Virus record (IMG/VR): IMGVR_UViG_3300021519_000877
Location: 1 to 64,000 of that record
Reading direction: 5' to 3' (one strand)
Length of the DNA stretch: 64,000 bases
From: a virus
This document shows, piece by piece, positions 21,203 to 29,927 of this stretch. Within the stretch, counting starts at the first letter, position 1, and the number at the start of each line of letters is the position of its first letter. Below the pieces are notes generated by a model. That model was not told the origin of the DNA, did not search any database, and saw only the letters and a program-made list of their open reading frames with translations. A program made the translations under genes and the position numbers.

Positions 21203-22762
21203 ATGCCATACACAATTAACAGAACTAACGGATTAAAAGTAACAGTTGTTCAAGACGGAACAATAGATACAACCTCGCTTGATATTATCTTAGTTGGTAA
21301 GAACTATTCGGGTTACGGTGAGTCTTTTAATGAAAACTTTGTAAAATTATTAGAAAATTTTAGCAATACTACAGAACCTAAGAAACCTCTTAGTGGGCAA
21401 TTATGGTTTGATGCAAAGAATAAAAAAATAAAAGTGTATGATGGTACAAAATTTAAATCGCTAGGAGTAGTTGATACTAGTGTGGTTAGACCAACAAGTA
21501 TGAATCAAGGTGATTTGTGGTACAATCCAACAGATCTAAAACTTTATGCATATAACGGTAATTCGTGGATACTAATCGGCCCATCTGCAGCGAGCGGATC
21601 TAACGGAGTAAGCACAACCTCTGTTATTGATAATAATGGAAACAGTCATCCAATAAGCCAAACAGTGCTTGGCAATTCTTCCCCATCAGTAGTGGCTCCT
21701 CCAGGCCCAGATTGGCGCATTAGTGTAACACCGACTGACGGCTTATACAATACCTATCCAACATTGGTGCCTGGTATTAACTTGCCCGGCACACTCGGCA
21801 ACGGAGTCAGTGCCTATAATACAAGTACCGGTTATATGTTTTGGGGAACTGCTGCTACAGCGTTAGGCTTAGTAGAAGGCACAACGGGCATGGTCCCTGT
21901 GTCAGAATTATTAAAAAGAAGCGAACTAACTACTGGTGCAGATTTTCCAATAGTCACAAATTATGATGTTACTGTTGGTCTTGCACGAGTTGTAAGAATC
22001 CATGTAACTGATTCAACTGTAGGCAATATAAGTAATATCCGCGATACTCGCTTACAGTTTAATGTCAGTACACCATATAGCGGAACATATACTAATATCC
22101 TTAACTTAGATGGTGCCGGCAGTCGTCAAGTGCTTCCAACAGCAGACGGTCCTGTAAATTTAGGAGCAACCAATAATCAGTTTAGCAACTTATATGTTAA
22201 TAACATCAATCCTGGCGCAAGTACTGTAGGTGCGATAACTGGTAGTTGGACCGCGGATACATTAGCGGCAACAAATTTCTCGGCATCTACTGCTACAATA
22301 TCAACATTATCTGCTGCTGTTGGCGGCGGAGTAGTAACAGGAATATGGACATTAGCAGATGGCGCAATGTTTGAATCAACGTATGCTGACTTAGCAGAAC
22401 GCTATGCAGCCGACGCCGAATATGCTCCAGGCACTGTATTAGTAATCGGAGGCGATGCCGAAGTTACTACAACGGATCGTAGAGGAAATACAGCGGTAGC
22501 AGGTATAGTATCCACAGATCCTGCTTATACATTAAATGCTGACGCAGGAAATGATAGCACTCATCCATACATTGCACTTAAGGGTCGTGTGCCATGTAAA
22601 GTAGTCGGCCCTATCAGCAAGGGAGACTTATTAGTTACTTCAAGTACAGCTGGTCACGCTGAACGAGCTCATGCAAATGATAATCCAAATGCTGTTCTCG
22701 GTCGTGCATTGCAGGACTTTGAAGATTCAACTGCCGGCCTTATAGAGGTAATGGTTGCCTAA
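21203..22762 (+). CDS. Tail fibre-like protein (paralogue 4) with C-terminal intramolecular chaperone/autocleavage-like domain
   Basis: Same N-terminal domain; C-terminal YADLAERY..GTVLVIGG..GIVST.P..IAL.GRVPCKV.G.I.KGDLLV domain of the peptidase G2/IMC-like type. Confidence 0.7.
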   Translation: MPYTINRTNGLKVTVVQDGTIDTTSLDIILVGKNYSGYGESFNENFVKLLENFSNTTEPKKPLSGQLWFDAKNKKIKVYDGTKFKSLGVVDTSVVRPTSMNQGDLWYNPTDLKLYAYNGNSWILIGPSAASGSNGVSTTSVIDNNGNSHPISQTVLGNSSPSVVAPPGPDWRISVTPTDGLYNTYPTLVPGINLPGTLGNGVSAYNTSTGYMFWGTAATALGLVEGTTGMVPVSELLKRSELTTGADFPIVTNYDVTVGLARVVRIHVTDSTVGNISNIRDTRLQFNVSTPYSGTYTNILNLDGAGSRQVLPTADGPVNLGATNNQFSNLYVNNINPGASTVGAITGSWTADTLAATNFSASTATISTLSAAVGGGVVTGIWTLADGAMFESTYADLAERYAADAEYAPGTVLVIGGDAEVTTTDRRGNTAVAGIVSTDPAYTLNADAGNDSTHPYIALKGRVPCKVVGPISKGDLLVTSSTAGHAERAHANDNPNAVLGRALQDFEDSTAGLIEVMVA

Positions 22763-22775
22763 ATACGGGGGCAAC

Positions 22776-22806
22776 AAAAAAGGCACCCTAGGGTGCCTTT
22801 TATTTT
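22776..22806. terminator. Bidirectional rho-independent terminator between convergent transcription units
   Basis: Perfect palindrome AAAAGGCACCCTAGGGTGCCTTTT flanked by A and T runs, between + structural genes and - genes. Confidence 0.9.
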
Positions 22807-22818
22807 GGAGATAAAATC

Positions 22819-23403
22819 TTAAACAGTTTCTTTAGTAGCCTTCTTGCTTTTTGGAGGATCAATCTCATCTGCCTCCTTGCGCAGTTTGGCAGCTTCTTTA
22901 TACAAAGCATCTGCCTTAGAACGCATTTCAGCTGGACTTAATTCAACACTAGTTTCTTCAACCACATCAGTAGTAACAACTTCTGCTGCCTTTTCGTTAA
23001 TAGTTGGGATTGTTGCATTAGATCCATCTTTGATTGCCAATTGTTCTAATGTTACACCTTTTTGTTGAGCAATAATAGTATTCAACTCGTCGAGTGGAAT
23101 ATTAGTCTTATTGTCTGGTGTAACTAATACTAAACTAGTAGGAACCTTCTTTAGATATCCGTTGGCATGAACATACTGAAGCATATTCGATCCATCGGGG
23201 AATCGACGAACAGCCATTACATCTGCTAGTTCTTCAGCTTGTTGTCCAGTATCGGATTCAACTAAACTCATCAATCCATCGTGATATGAATCTTGAAGTA
23301 CCTGTGTGCCTACGACTAATGCAGAGAGAGGATCTCCTGGAATAGTGCGATAAGCAATAACAATTTTTGCTCCGTTGTTCTTCATTTTACCAACGTGTTT
23401 CAT
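22819..23403 (-). CDS. Hypothetical protein with C-terminal coiled coil
   Basis: 194-aa ORF, AGGAG RBS upstream. Confidence 0.7.
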   Translation of the reverse strand: MKHVGKMKNNGAKIVIAYRTIPGDPLSALVVGTQVLQDSYHDGLMSLVESDTGQQAEELADVMAVRRFPDGSNMLQYVHANGYLKKVPTSLVLVTPDNKTNIPLDELNTIIAQQKGVTLEQLAIKDGSNATIPTINEKAAEVVTTDVVEETSVELSPAEMRSKADALYKEAAKLRKEADEIDPPKSKKATKETV

Positions 23404-23415
23404 TTTAATCTCCTA

Positions 23416-23670
23416 TTAAGCTGCTGGGGTTTCAGCTGGCTGTTGTGGTGCTACTGCATTTAAGAATTCATTTAACTTGTTAAATGATGTTCCGACTGCT
23501 GCCATTTCGGCTGCACGGAATGCACCACGTTGACTTGCAACATCAATAATTGCTCGTAAGTTACCTAAATCTTGAATTGTTAATTCTGGTGTTGCTGGTG
23601 CTTGTGGTGGAACTGCTCCGCCAACAGCGTCAGTAGTTTCTACTGTACCTTGATCTAATTGTTCTGACAT
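23416..23670 (-). CDS. Hypothetical protein
   Basis: 84-aa ORF with AGGAG RBS, in tight - strand operon. Confidence 0.65.
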   Translation of the reverse strand: MSEQLDQGTVETTDAVGGAVPPQAPATPELTIQDLGNLRAIIDVASQRGAFRAAEMAAVGTSFNKLNEFLNAVAPQQPAETPAA

Positions 23671-23679
23671 GTATATCTC

Positions 23680-23961
23680 CTATGTATTCTTGTCTAAGTA
23701 CGGACATGATAGACTCAATATAGTTAGTTCTTTAGCATCCTCGACACCAAGTTCTTGGATTTCAACCATCTTATTAGTTGCATCTACTTTTAACCGTTTA
23801 GTGATAGCATACCTACTATCTAAGTTTTGGTAAATCCAACAATCTATACTATCTGCACTAAGGACATTGAGTGTCATTTTAGCAAAATGTTTTGGTATAT
23901 AAGACAACTTTCGTGCGCCCAAAACATTAAGGGCATTTACTGATCCTTTTGCTAATGACAT
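23680..23961 (-). CDS. Hypothetical protein
   Basis: 93-aa ORF preceded by exact TATAAATA. Confidence 0.6.
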   Translation of the reverse strand: MSLAKGSVNALNVLGARKLSYIPKHFAKMTLNVLSADSIDCWIYQNLDSRYAITKRLKVDATNKMVEIQELGVEDAKELTILSLSCPYLDKNT

Positions 23962-23973
23962 AATGTACCTACT

Positions 23974-25227
23974 TTATTTATAATAAGCAGTCTGGCCATA
24001 TGGTGCAATTATGGATTCGTTACCGTGGATAATAAACAGCGTTTCACAGTATTCTTCTGGACCCCAGCTACCACAAGGATAACCGTCTGTAAACATGATA
24101 AAGCGTTTTGGTTCAATATCGTTTTCTTTCATAAACTCAAAATTAGCATCAAAGTCTGTGCCGCCACCACCCTTAACTTCATAAGTTAAAATGTCGCTAG
24201 CAGTATCTGATGTAAATTCAGCAAAGTTATAAACCGCTGTATCAAAACACCAAAGTTTAAGTTTAAAATCTACGTATTCGTCCATAATGCCTTTAACTTC
24301 ACTAATAAAGTCTTTGGCCTGTTTGTCCGAAATACTACCACTCATATCAATTGCACAGCATACATCAACTGTTTCATCATTAATCATGCCTGGCAAAATT
24401 GCGCCCGACATTTGTGATTTACGATTTGGACGAGTAAAGCTAAAGTTACTTTTTAGAATGCTTTGGATATTCATGCGTAACAATTCACGCCAATCCATTT
24501 TAGGTTCAGTAAAGTCTGAAATCATTCTAGCAACACCTGCTGGAATTTTACCAGCGCCAGCAGCCTGTGCGGCACTTACCATTGCTTCTTTGATTTCATC
24601 GCGGATTTTTTTCTTATCTTCTGCAGATAAACGTGGACGACCTTTGCCGGTACCTTCTGGCCCATCGCCTTCTCCATCACCCTCTGGACCTTCTTCACCA
24701 TCTAAGTGTTCATCAAGCAATTCGCCTAACGAGCCGATATCGATCTTTTCTGCTTTTTCATACAGATCGTCATAAACTTCTTCGTAGCTCTTACCGCGAT
24801 ATTTATTATCCTGAAAAATCTTAATCCAATCAGGAACTTCGCCAATACGTTCATCTTTAAGGATTTGATTAACACAATAGTCAGCGGCAATATTACTTAA
24901 TTGAGGATCACGACTTTGACGACGACCCATATGGTCAAATACATTGTGTAGGACTTCGTGTGCAAATCCAAACTCTGCTTGTTTTGGAGTAAGACGATCT
25001 ACAAAGCCTACATTGTAATAAAATGTGCGACCATCTGTAGCAAGTGTTGGGCACCAGTCTGATGCGTCAACTAATTTTAAACGGGTAGCTAAGTTACCAA
25101 AAAACGGATGACGCAACAAAAGACCAACACGAGCAGTAGTAAGTTTTTCAATAACCTTGTTCTTTTCTTCGCGAGTAAATTCACGAACTTTTTCTACTTT
25201 CTTACGCTCTTGTTTCATTACAGTCAT
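23974..25227 (-). CDS. HEXXH metallopeptidase-like + VWA domain protein (DUF2201-type), partner of MoxR ATPase
   Basis: TLATDGR, AHEVLH, acidic/Gly linker, MIDAS DMSGS, GGGGTDF, FTDG. Confidence 0.85.
   Translation of the reverse strand: MTVMKQERKKVEKVREFTREEKNKVIEKLTTARVGLLLRHPFFGNLATRLKLVDASDWCPTLATDGRTFYYNVGFVDRLTPKQAEFGFAHEVLHNVFDHMGRRQSRDPQLSNIAADYCVNQILKDERIGEVPDWIKIFQDNKYRGKSYEEVYDDLYEKAEKIDIGSLGELLDEHLDGEEGPEGDGEGDGPEGTGKGRPRLSAEDKKKIRDEIKEAMVSAAQAAGAGKIPAGVARMISDFTEPKMDWRELLRMNIQSILKSNFSFTRPNRKSQMSGAILPGMINDETVDVCCAIDMSGSISDKQAKDFISEVKGIMDEYVDFKLKLWCFDTAVYNFAEFTSDTASDILTYEVKGGGGTDFDANFEFMKENDIEPKRFIMFTDGYPCGSWGPEEYCETLFIIHGNESIIAPYGQTAYYK
23975..23982 (-). promoter_or_regulatory. 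T4-type late promoter consensus TATAAATA
   Basis: Exact TATAAATA on - strand, 13 nt upstream of ATG at 23961. Confidence 0.5.
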
Positions 25228-25259
25228 TTTGGGTTCCTATTGTTTCAGTGTATGTATAT

Positions 25260-25288
25260 ATTATACAGCTATTCTTTGGTTTTGTCAA
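25260..25288 (-). promoter_or_regulatory. Sigma70-type promoter
   Basis: TTGACA-N17-TATAAT upstream of VWA gene. Confidence 0.85.
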
Positions 25289-25460
25289 GTCCAAAATGTT
25301 CTTTAATTACTGTTGCTACAGCAGGAGCAAGCCCGGACTCTGCAATACTAGCACATTCTGCCGCAATAGATTGGGCAAATTGGGTTAGTTGTTCGTCAGT
25401 ATAAGCGTAATCGGAAAGGTAACCTGCTTGTTCTGCTAGTTTAAGTAATTGTTCGTTCAT
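25269..25460 (-). CDS. Small hypothetical protein
   Basis: 63 aa; MNE..KLAEQAG...FA..I..EC...IKEHFG pattern typical of small accessory phage ORFs. Confidence 0.55.
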   Translation of the reverse strand: MNEQLLKLAEQAGYLSDYAYTDEQLTQFAQSIAAECASIAESGLAPAVATVIKEHFGLDKTKE

Positions 25461-25468
25461 TTTGTTCT

Positions 25469-25490
25469 AAAGAGCCCCGAAGGGCTCTTT
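25469..25490 (-). terminator. C(UUCG)G tetraloop hairpin after AAA ATPase gene
   Basis: - strand AAAGAGCCC-TTCG-GGGCTCTTT directly after the stop codon; U-tract on - strand is short. Confidence 0.7.
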
Positions 25491-26573
25491 TTAGTTCTCC
25501 ATTGCTGAAATAATATATTTGCCATATTTCTCATGAAACTCATCAAAGCTCTTGAGCTTGCTAGCATCGAATGGCAATGCATATTGTGTTAATGCAACCT
25601 TAGCACCCATAACTACTAACTCGGTTGGAAAGTTATCCATCATAAAGCGGAAGAAACAATCCGCCATGTCATTCCAGTTCTTAACTTTCTTTTCATGTGC
25701 TGTTTGTAATTCATAGCACATAGAAATTGTCAAAGAATACATCGCTGAAATTTCTTTAATTTCTAATTTCTTAACTTCGCCATTTAAGATTGCTTCTGGC
25801 TTAGGCAACTGTTTGGCAATCTTACGATGTGCCATAAATTTAACAGCCAGACCGTCCCCGATGGCACCTGCTACAAGATCAGTGAGAGTGTTCTCTGACA
25901 AGTCATCATCACCGAGGAGGTCTGAAACGAATGACCAAGAGCGTGGCGTAGCAAATGCACGGCTTGAGCTCTTTGGATCAAAATCATAAAGGTCTTGTTT
26001 TGCGAAACCACAGTAGCCTACAACTTGCTCGTGGATCTTATTCTTAACAGCCCATTCTTGCCAATCATCAAAGTTAGTTTTAAGTTCTAAATGTAGGAAA
26101 CGATTGGCCAACGGAGCAGGCATACGATAAGTAACACCTTTATCTGATTCTCTGTTACCAGCGGCAACAATACTAACACCTTTTGGCAAATGATATGTGC
26201 CAACACGACGATTTAAAATTAACTGATAAGCCGCTGCCTGTGTAGCAGGAGCCGCTGAGTTAAGTTCGTCCAAAAACAACACAGCGGTTGAGTCTGGATC
26301 GCTAGGCAATTCTGCTGGCGCCGCCCATTGCATGGTGTGTGATTCTGGATTGAAGAATGGAATACCTTTAATGTCTGTAGGTTCCCAAAGTGATAAACGA
26401 ACGTCTACTACTTCGCGATCGGTTTCTTCTGCGATTTGTTTAACGATATCGGATTTACCAATACCTGGAGCACCCCAAAGGAATACTGGACGACTTACTT
26501 TAAAGCATTTACGGATAGCCGCTTTAGCTTCATTTGGAGTTTGTGTGCGGTTTGAACTGATTGACTCTGCCAT
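25491..26573 (-). CDS. MoxR-like AAA+ ATPase
   Basis: Walker A GAPGIGKS, Walker B LFLDELN, AAGN sensor, PLANRF arginine finger, ATPRSW. Confidence 0.9.
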   Translation of the reverse strand: MAESISSNRTQTPNEAKAAIRKCFKVSRPVFLWGAPGIGKSDIVKQIAEETDREVVDVRLSLWEPTDIKGIPFFNPESHTMQWAAPAELPSDPDSTAVLFLDELNSAAPATQAAAYQLILNRRVGTYHLPKGVSIVAAGNRESDKGVTYRMPAPLANRFLHLELKTNFDDWQEWAVKNKIHEQVVGYCGFAKQDLYDFDPKSSSRAFATPRSWSFVSDLLGDDDLSENTLTDLVAGAIGDGLAVKFMAHRKIAKQLPKPEAILNGEVKKLEIKEISAMYSLTISMCYELQTAHEKKVKNWNDMADCFFRFMMDNFPTELVVMGAKVALTQYALPFDASKLKSFDEFHEKYGKYIISAMEN

Positions 26574-26622
26574 TTTAGCCTCTATATAAAAAATTAATAT
26601 GAACTACTCTCACTGTTTATAT

Positions 26623-26651
26623 AGTATAACGCTAAATCGTTATTTTGTCAA
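26623..26651 (-). promoter_or_regulatory. Sigma70-type promoter
   Basis: TTGACA-N17-TATACT upstream of AAA ATPase. Confidence 0.8.
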
Positions 26652-27049
26652 GTTGGGGTTTCTTCGGTGTTGTTTTTAAGCGACATTGCTTTGGCCATAC
26701 CAAACTTTTCAACATCCCCACTAAAAAGGACTAATTGGACAGCAGTCTTTTCTTTGAATACAATTATGGACTTTTTGGTTATGTAATATGGACCATCAAT
26801 AAACCGATCTAGCCAAATTGTAGTTTGATTAGTAAGGGTAAACTCTTTTGGAAACTCTATATTGTAGCTTTTCATATCCATTTGTTCAGTGAATACTGTA
26901 AAGCCTTCTTCAGTAAGGCGCATACCGCCTACTGCTTTTTTACGTGAGTTTTGCCAAATAATTGAATGATTTTTAGCCAGGCTTTTTGCATCATCTGGCC
27001 AACCTAACTGCTTACTTACAACTGTAGTTAAATGACTTTTTATGTCCAT
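26648..27049 (-). CDS. Hypothetical protein
   Basis: 133-aa ORF, translationally coupled (TAATG) to upstream gene. Confidence 0.65.
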   Translation of the reverse strand: MDIKSHLTTVVSKQLGWPDDAKSLAKNHSIIWQNSRKKAVGGMRLTEEGFTVFTEQMDMKSYNIEFPKEFTLTNQTTIWLDRFIDGPYYITKKSIIVFKEKTAVQLVLFSGDVEKFGMAKAMSLKNNTEETPT

Positions 27050-27333
27050 TACTTGAGTAGTTCACCAGTGGTTAATTTATATACAGCAAACTCAGTGCAG
27101 TTAAACAGTTTATTCAACTTTTCTGCTAGATTGATAGCGTGACCGCTATTTGAAAAACTTACTTTTTTGTATTTTGGACCTAAATGATTTGCAATCATAC
27201 TTGTGGTCTTTAAATTAACAGGTTTCCCTTTATAAAACACAGCCCAAATGGCTTCGGCTTCGAGAACTTGTTCTGTCTTGTAAGTTTTTTTACTGGTTAT
27301 TTCTAATAGCACCTTTGGCTTCGGTCTCGACAT
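27049..27333 (-). CDS. Hypothetical protein (basic); start 27333 or 27348
   Basis: MSRPKP... ORF; GGGGA SD-like sequence precedes ATG 27333. Confidence 0.65.
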   Translation of the reverse strand: MSRPKPKVLLEITSKKTYKTEQVLEAEAIWAVFYKGKPVNLKTTSMIANHLGPKYKKVSFSNSGHAINLAEKLNKLFNCTEFAVYKLTTGELLK

Positions 27334-27334
27334 C

Positions 27335-27367
27335 CTGCGTATCCCCATATATATACGCAGTTATTTA
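27335..27367 (-). promoter_or_regulatory. TAAATA late-promoter box plus RBS-overlapping hairpin
   Basis: TAAATA at 27367-27362, then 8-bp inverted repeat CTGCGTAT/ATACGCAG (27360-27353, 27342-27335). Confidence 0.5.
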
Positions 27368-27375
27368 TCCGGTTT

Positions 27376-27600
27376 TTACAAACTTCCGCCGTCCATTTTA
27401 ATGGTAACATCGCCCGATGATTGAACATTTAATGCAATTGCATCTAAATCACCAGCTAAACGAGTCATTACCACTGATAGGCTTTCTTCAAGTAATATTG
27501 CTTCATCTATAGGCAAATTTACGGTTTTTTGACCGCTTTTTCGTGCAATACGAGCCTTTTCTAGGAACATTTCGATGGGTAAGGTGTTTAATGCTTTCAT
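27376..27600 (-). CDS. Hypothetical protein
   Basis: 74-aa ORF, ATGA overlap with upstream gene. Confidence 0.6.
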   Translation of the reverse strand: MKALNTLPIEMFLEKARIARKSGQKTVNLPIDEAILLEESLSVVMTRLAGDLDAIALNVQSSGDVTIKMDGGSL

Positions 27601-28139
27601 GATTGATCCTTGCTAACTGTATTTAAAATAGTGCGCATTTCTAATTCTGTCTTAAATGGACCTTTATATGGGTAACGTTCTAGTGTAATTAGCTTAGGGC
27701 AGAAGCTTTTTACCCAACCCTTACGGAATTTAATCACGTAGTATCCAGCACAATACAAGCTCTTACTCTTTGAGCTTTTAGCATAGATAGGCAGTCGCTT
27801 TTGAACATTCCAAAGAGGCTCAAATGCACGTCCATTCACTGGATAATCGTAAATGCTATTGTCAAGTTTCTTAGCCTGTTTTTCTTTTTTGATGGCTTCT
27901 TCAGTAATATTAATACCGAATCGTTCTTTAATTTCTTTAAGATCATTTACTTCAATCTTTTGTCCTTTGCAAAGTAAACTATAGCCTGTTTTATCTTTAC
28001 TAAGTGTGGCAAATTTCTCACCATCGTTTTCTAGGATCCAAAATTTATTTGGAACCAATACTTTAGCTACTGTAGTCATATGCATCTCCTCGCATGTGTG
28101 TATCTTGTGGTTGCAGGTATCGATATATTGACATTTCAT
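27597..28139 (-). CDS. Hypothetical protein
   Basis: 180-aa ORF, ATGA overlap with exonuclease C-terminal part. Confidence 0.65.
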   Translation of the reverse strand: MKCQYIDTCNHKIHTCEEMHMTTVAKVLVPNKFWILENDGEKFATLSKDKTGYSLLCKGQKIEVNDLKEIKERFGINITEEAIKKEKQAKKLDNSIYDYPVNGRAFEPLWNVQKRLPIYAKSSKSKSLYCAGYYVIKFRKGWVKSFCPKLITLERYPYKGPFKTELEMRTILNTVSKDQS

Positions 28140-29123
28140 TTATGATACCTTGCATTTAATGGGTCTGAATAGCTTTGTGCTTGTTCACTAACTTTAACTA
28201 AGTCATAAGTGGCACAAAATTTCATAAGTCTAATACCTACCTGTGCAACATTCTTCTTCTTATCAATTTCCGCTTGAATAGTATCAGCAATCATTAGTTG
28301 GATCTCTGCAGGGTGCGCAGTTAAATCGCATAATGTAACATTGCGAGCATAGTCATCCAATACCCTATGTTCAACACCTTCATGATCTACCCAACGCTGT
28401 AACATTAAGTTGTTCCACGCCCACCCTTTTGAGTTGCGGTCTTCGAAGGCTTCTTGTAAACCAACTTTATTTTGTTCCTTTTGTTCGGACACCCGGGTAT
28501 GCTGAGAAGACATTATCACTGGTATCGCCACGCATGCATTTTTCAAAGAGGAGCCATTCAGGATTCGGTGCTGGCTTTTCTTCATTAGTTTTTTTGTCTT
28601 TAACTCGCTTGCCTTTTTCATCAAAATATCCTTCATATGTAGTTGTAACACCGCTTACACCGTTGTATTGTTTTACATTGGGTGCAATTAGTTGTGCAAA
28701 GTCGCCGTCTGTTGAAATGATAACATGATGATCATCTGGATGACTAGCTACCCAACCTGCAATTAAATCATCTGCTTCTAGATTAGGATGTTGTAGGACT
28801 GTGCAGTTTGTTTTTTCGTGAATGTATTCTTTAAAATCGTCAAATGTTTCCCAAAAGATTTTATCTTCTTCTGCGTCAGTTGAACTCATTGCTTCGCGAA
28901 CTTCTTGACGATTACGTTTATATGGAGCATAGATATCTTTGCGCCAGCTACGACCTTCTAAACAAAATATAACGTGAGTGCCGTTAAAATCTTTCCAGGC
29001 TTTACGCACAGAATTTAAAATGACATGTAAACTCATCCCTACTTTCTCAGAGATATCACCTCGCACAACATGTCGAGCTCTAAAAAAAGTATTCGCAGTA
29101 TCTACTAAAATATATGTTGTCAT
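28136..29123 (-). CDS. 5'-3' exonuclease / T4 RNase H-like flap nuclease, interrupted by a frameshift at ~28470
   Basis: N-half: ILVD..N.FFR, R..IY.PYK.NR, LEADDLI, ISTDGDFAQL, GDTSDNV..YPGV; ends RTKGTK*. C-half in another frame continues NKVGLQEAF...NVTLCDL; together one FEN/RNase H-type protein. Frameshift may be an assembly error. Confidence 0.8.
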
Positions 29124-29500
29124 TAACTGATCTCTGATCTTCCGTTGGGTAATTTGTTAACATTAATGTAACCTGCACCTCTACGATCCATACCAGGTAC
29201 ATTCTCGTCACTGCCGATTTCTTTACATAGATCACCAAACCACTGATCCATTATTTCTTCATCTGTAGTACCGGTATATCCGTTTTCTCTTAACATTGTA
29301 ATAAAATATTCATTCCAGTCAAGTTCAAAAAATCCATTCTTTGGATTTGATGGATTAACATGCGTATCCAATACAGCTACCCACGGCTCTTTTAGATTAG
29401 TAGCAATAGTCTTTGGATCTACTGGTTCGCTAGGAACAACATACTTTTCTGCTTCTTTTGTTTTTTTTGATTTAAACAAATTTTTAATTTTTTCTAACAT
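29123..29500 (-). CDS. Hypothetical protein
   Basis: 125-aa ORF coupled to neighbours. Confidence 0.65.
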   Translation of the reverse strand: MLEKIKNLFKSKKTKEAEKYVVPSEPVDPKTIATNLKEPWVAVLDTHVNPSNPKNGFFELDWNEYFITMLRENGYTGTTDEEIMDQWFGDLCKEIGSDENVPGMDRRGAGYINVNKLPNGRSEIS

Positions 29501-29766
29501 ATTTTACCTTTTAATATACCTACCAAAAATTCTTCTTTGGTTACCCAGCGATATAAGAATACCGGATCACCAGGCCCTGTAATCATTCGTGTACCTTTAT
29601 AACCTAACTTCATCCAAATCCATTCATCTGAATAGTAACATTTACGTGGCCGCAGAAAGAATTTTAATTCCCAAGTAGCCCTTCCGTGAAATACATCGTA
29701 TTCTTCATCCATTCCGGGTATCGGCATAGGGGTTACTCTAGCGTATCCAAACTTTATCTTCCCCAT
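29494..29766 (-). CDS. Hypothetical protein
   Basis: 90-aa ORF overlapping neighbours by a few nt; true start uncertain. Confidence 0.55.
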   Translation of the reverse strand: MGKIKFGYARVTPMPIPGMDEEYDVFHGRATWELKFFLRPRKCYYSDEWIWMKLGYKGTRMITGPGDPVFLYRWVTKEEFLVGILKGKIC

Positions 29767-29927
29767 TTAATCTTTAACCAAATACGTTCATGTATATAAT
29801 GTACCGCAGTTAAAATAATGTGAATAATAACAGCGTTTCCTAATCCCGTCCACAAAGCCGTAATTAGCAATGCAATAATACGATATGTTAATGCACGAAC
29901 TATGGTTCTTTTGTGGAGTTCAGTCAT
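29754..29927 (-). CDS. Small membrane protein, DUF2061-like
   Basis: R.IVRALTYRII...YIHERIW.KIKWG signature; TAATG coupling with queE stop. Confidence 0.65.
   Translation of the reverse strand: MTELHKRTIVRALTYRIIALLITALWTGLGNAVIIHIILTAVHYIHERIWLKIKWGR

Noticed and set aside
28470-28651. ORF 28136..28651 as an independent gene
   Set aside because: Its first ~60 codons overlap the exonuclease N-half out of frame; only the part after the frameshift looks real.
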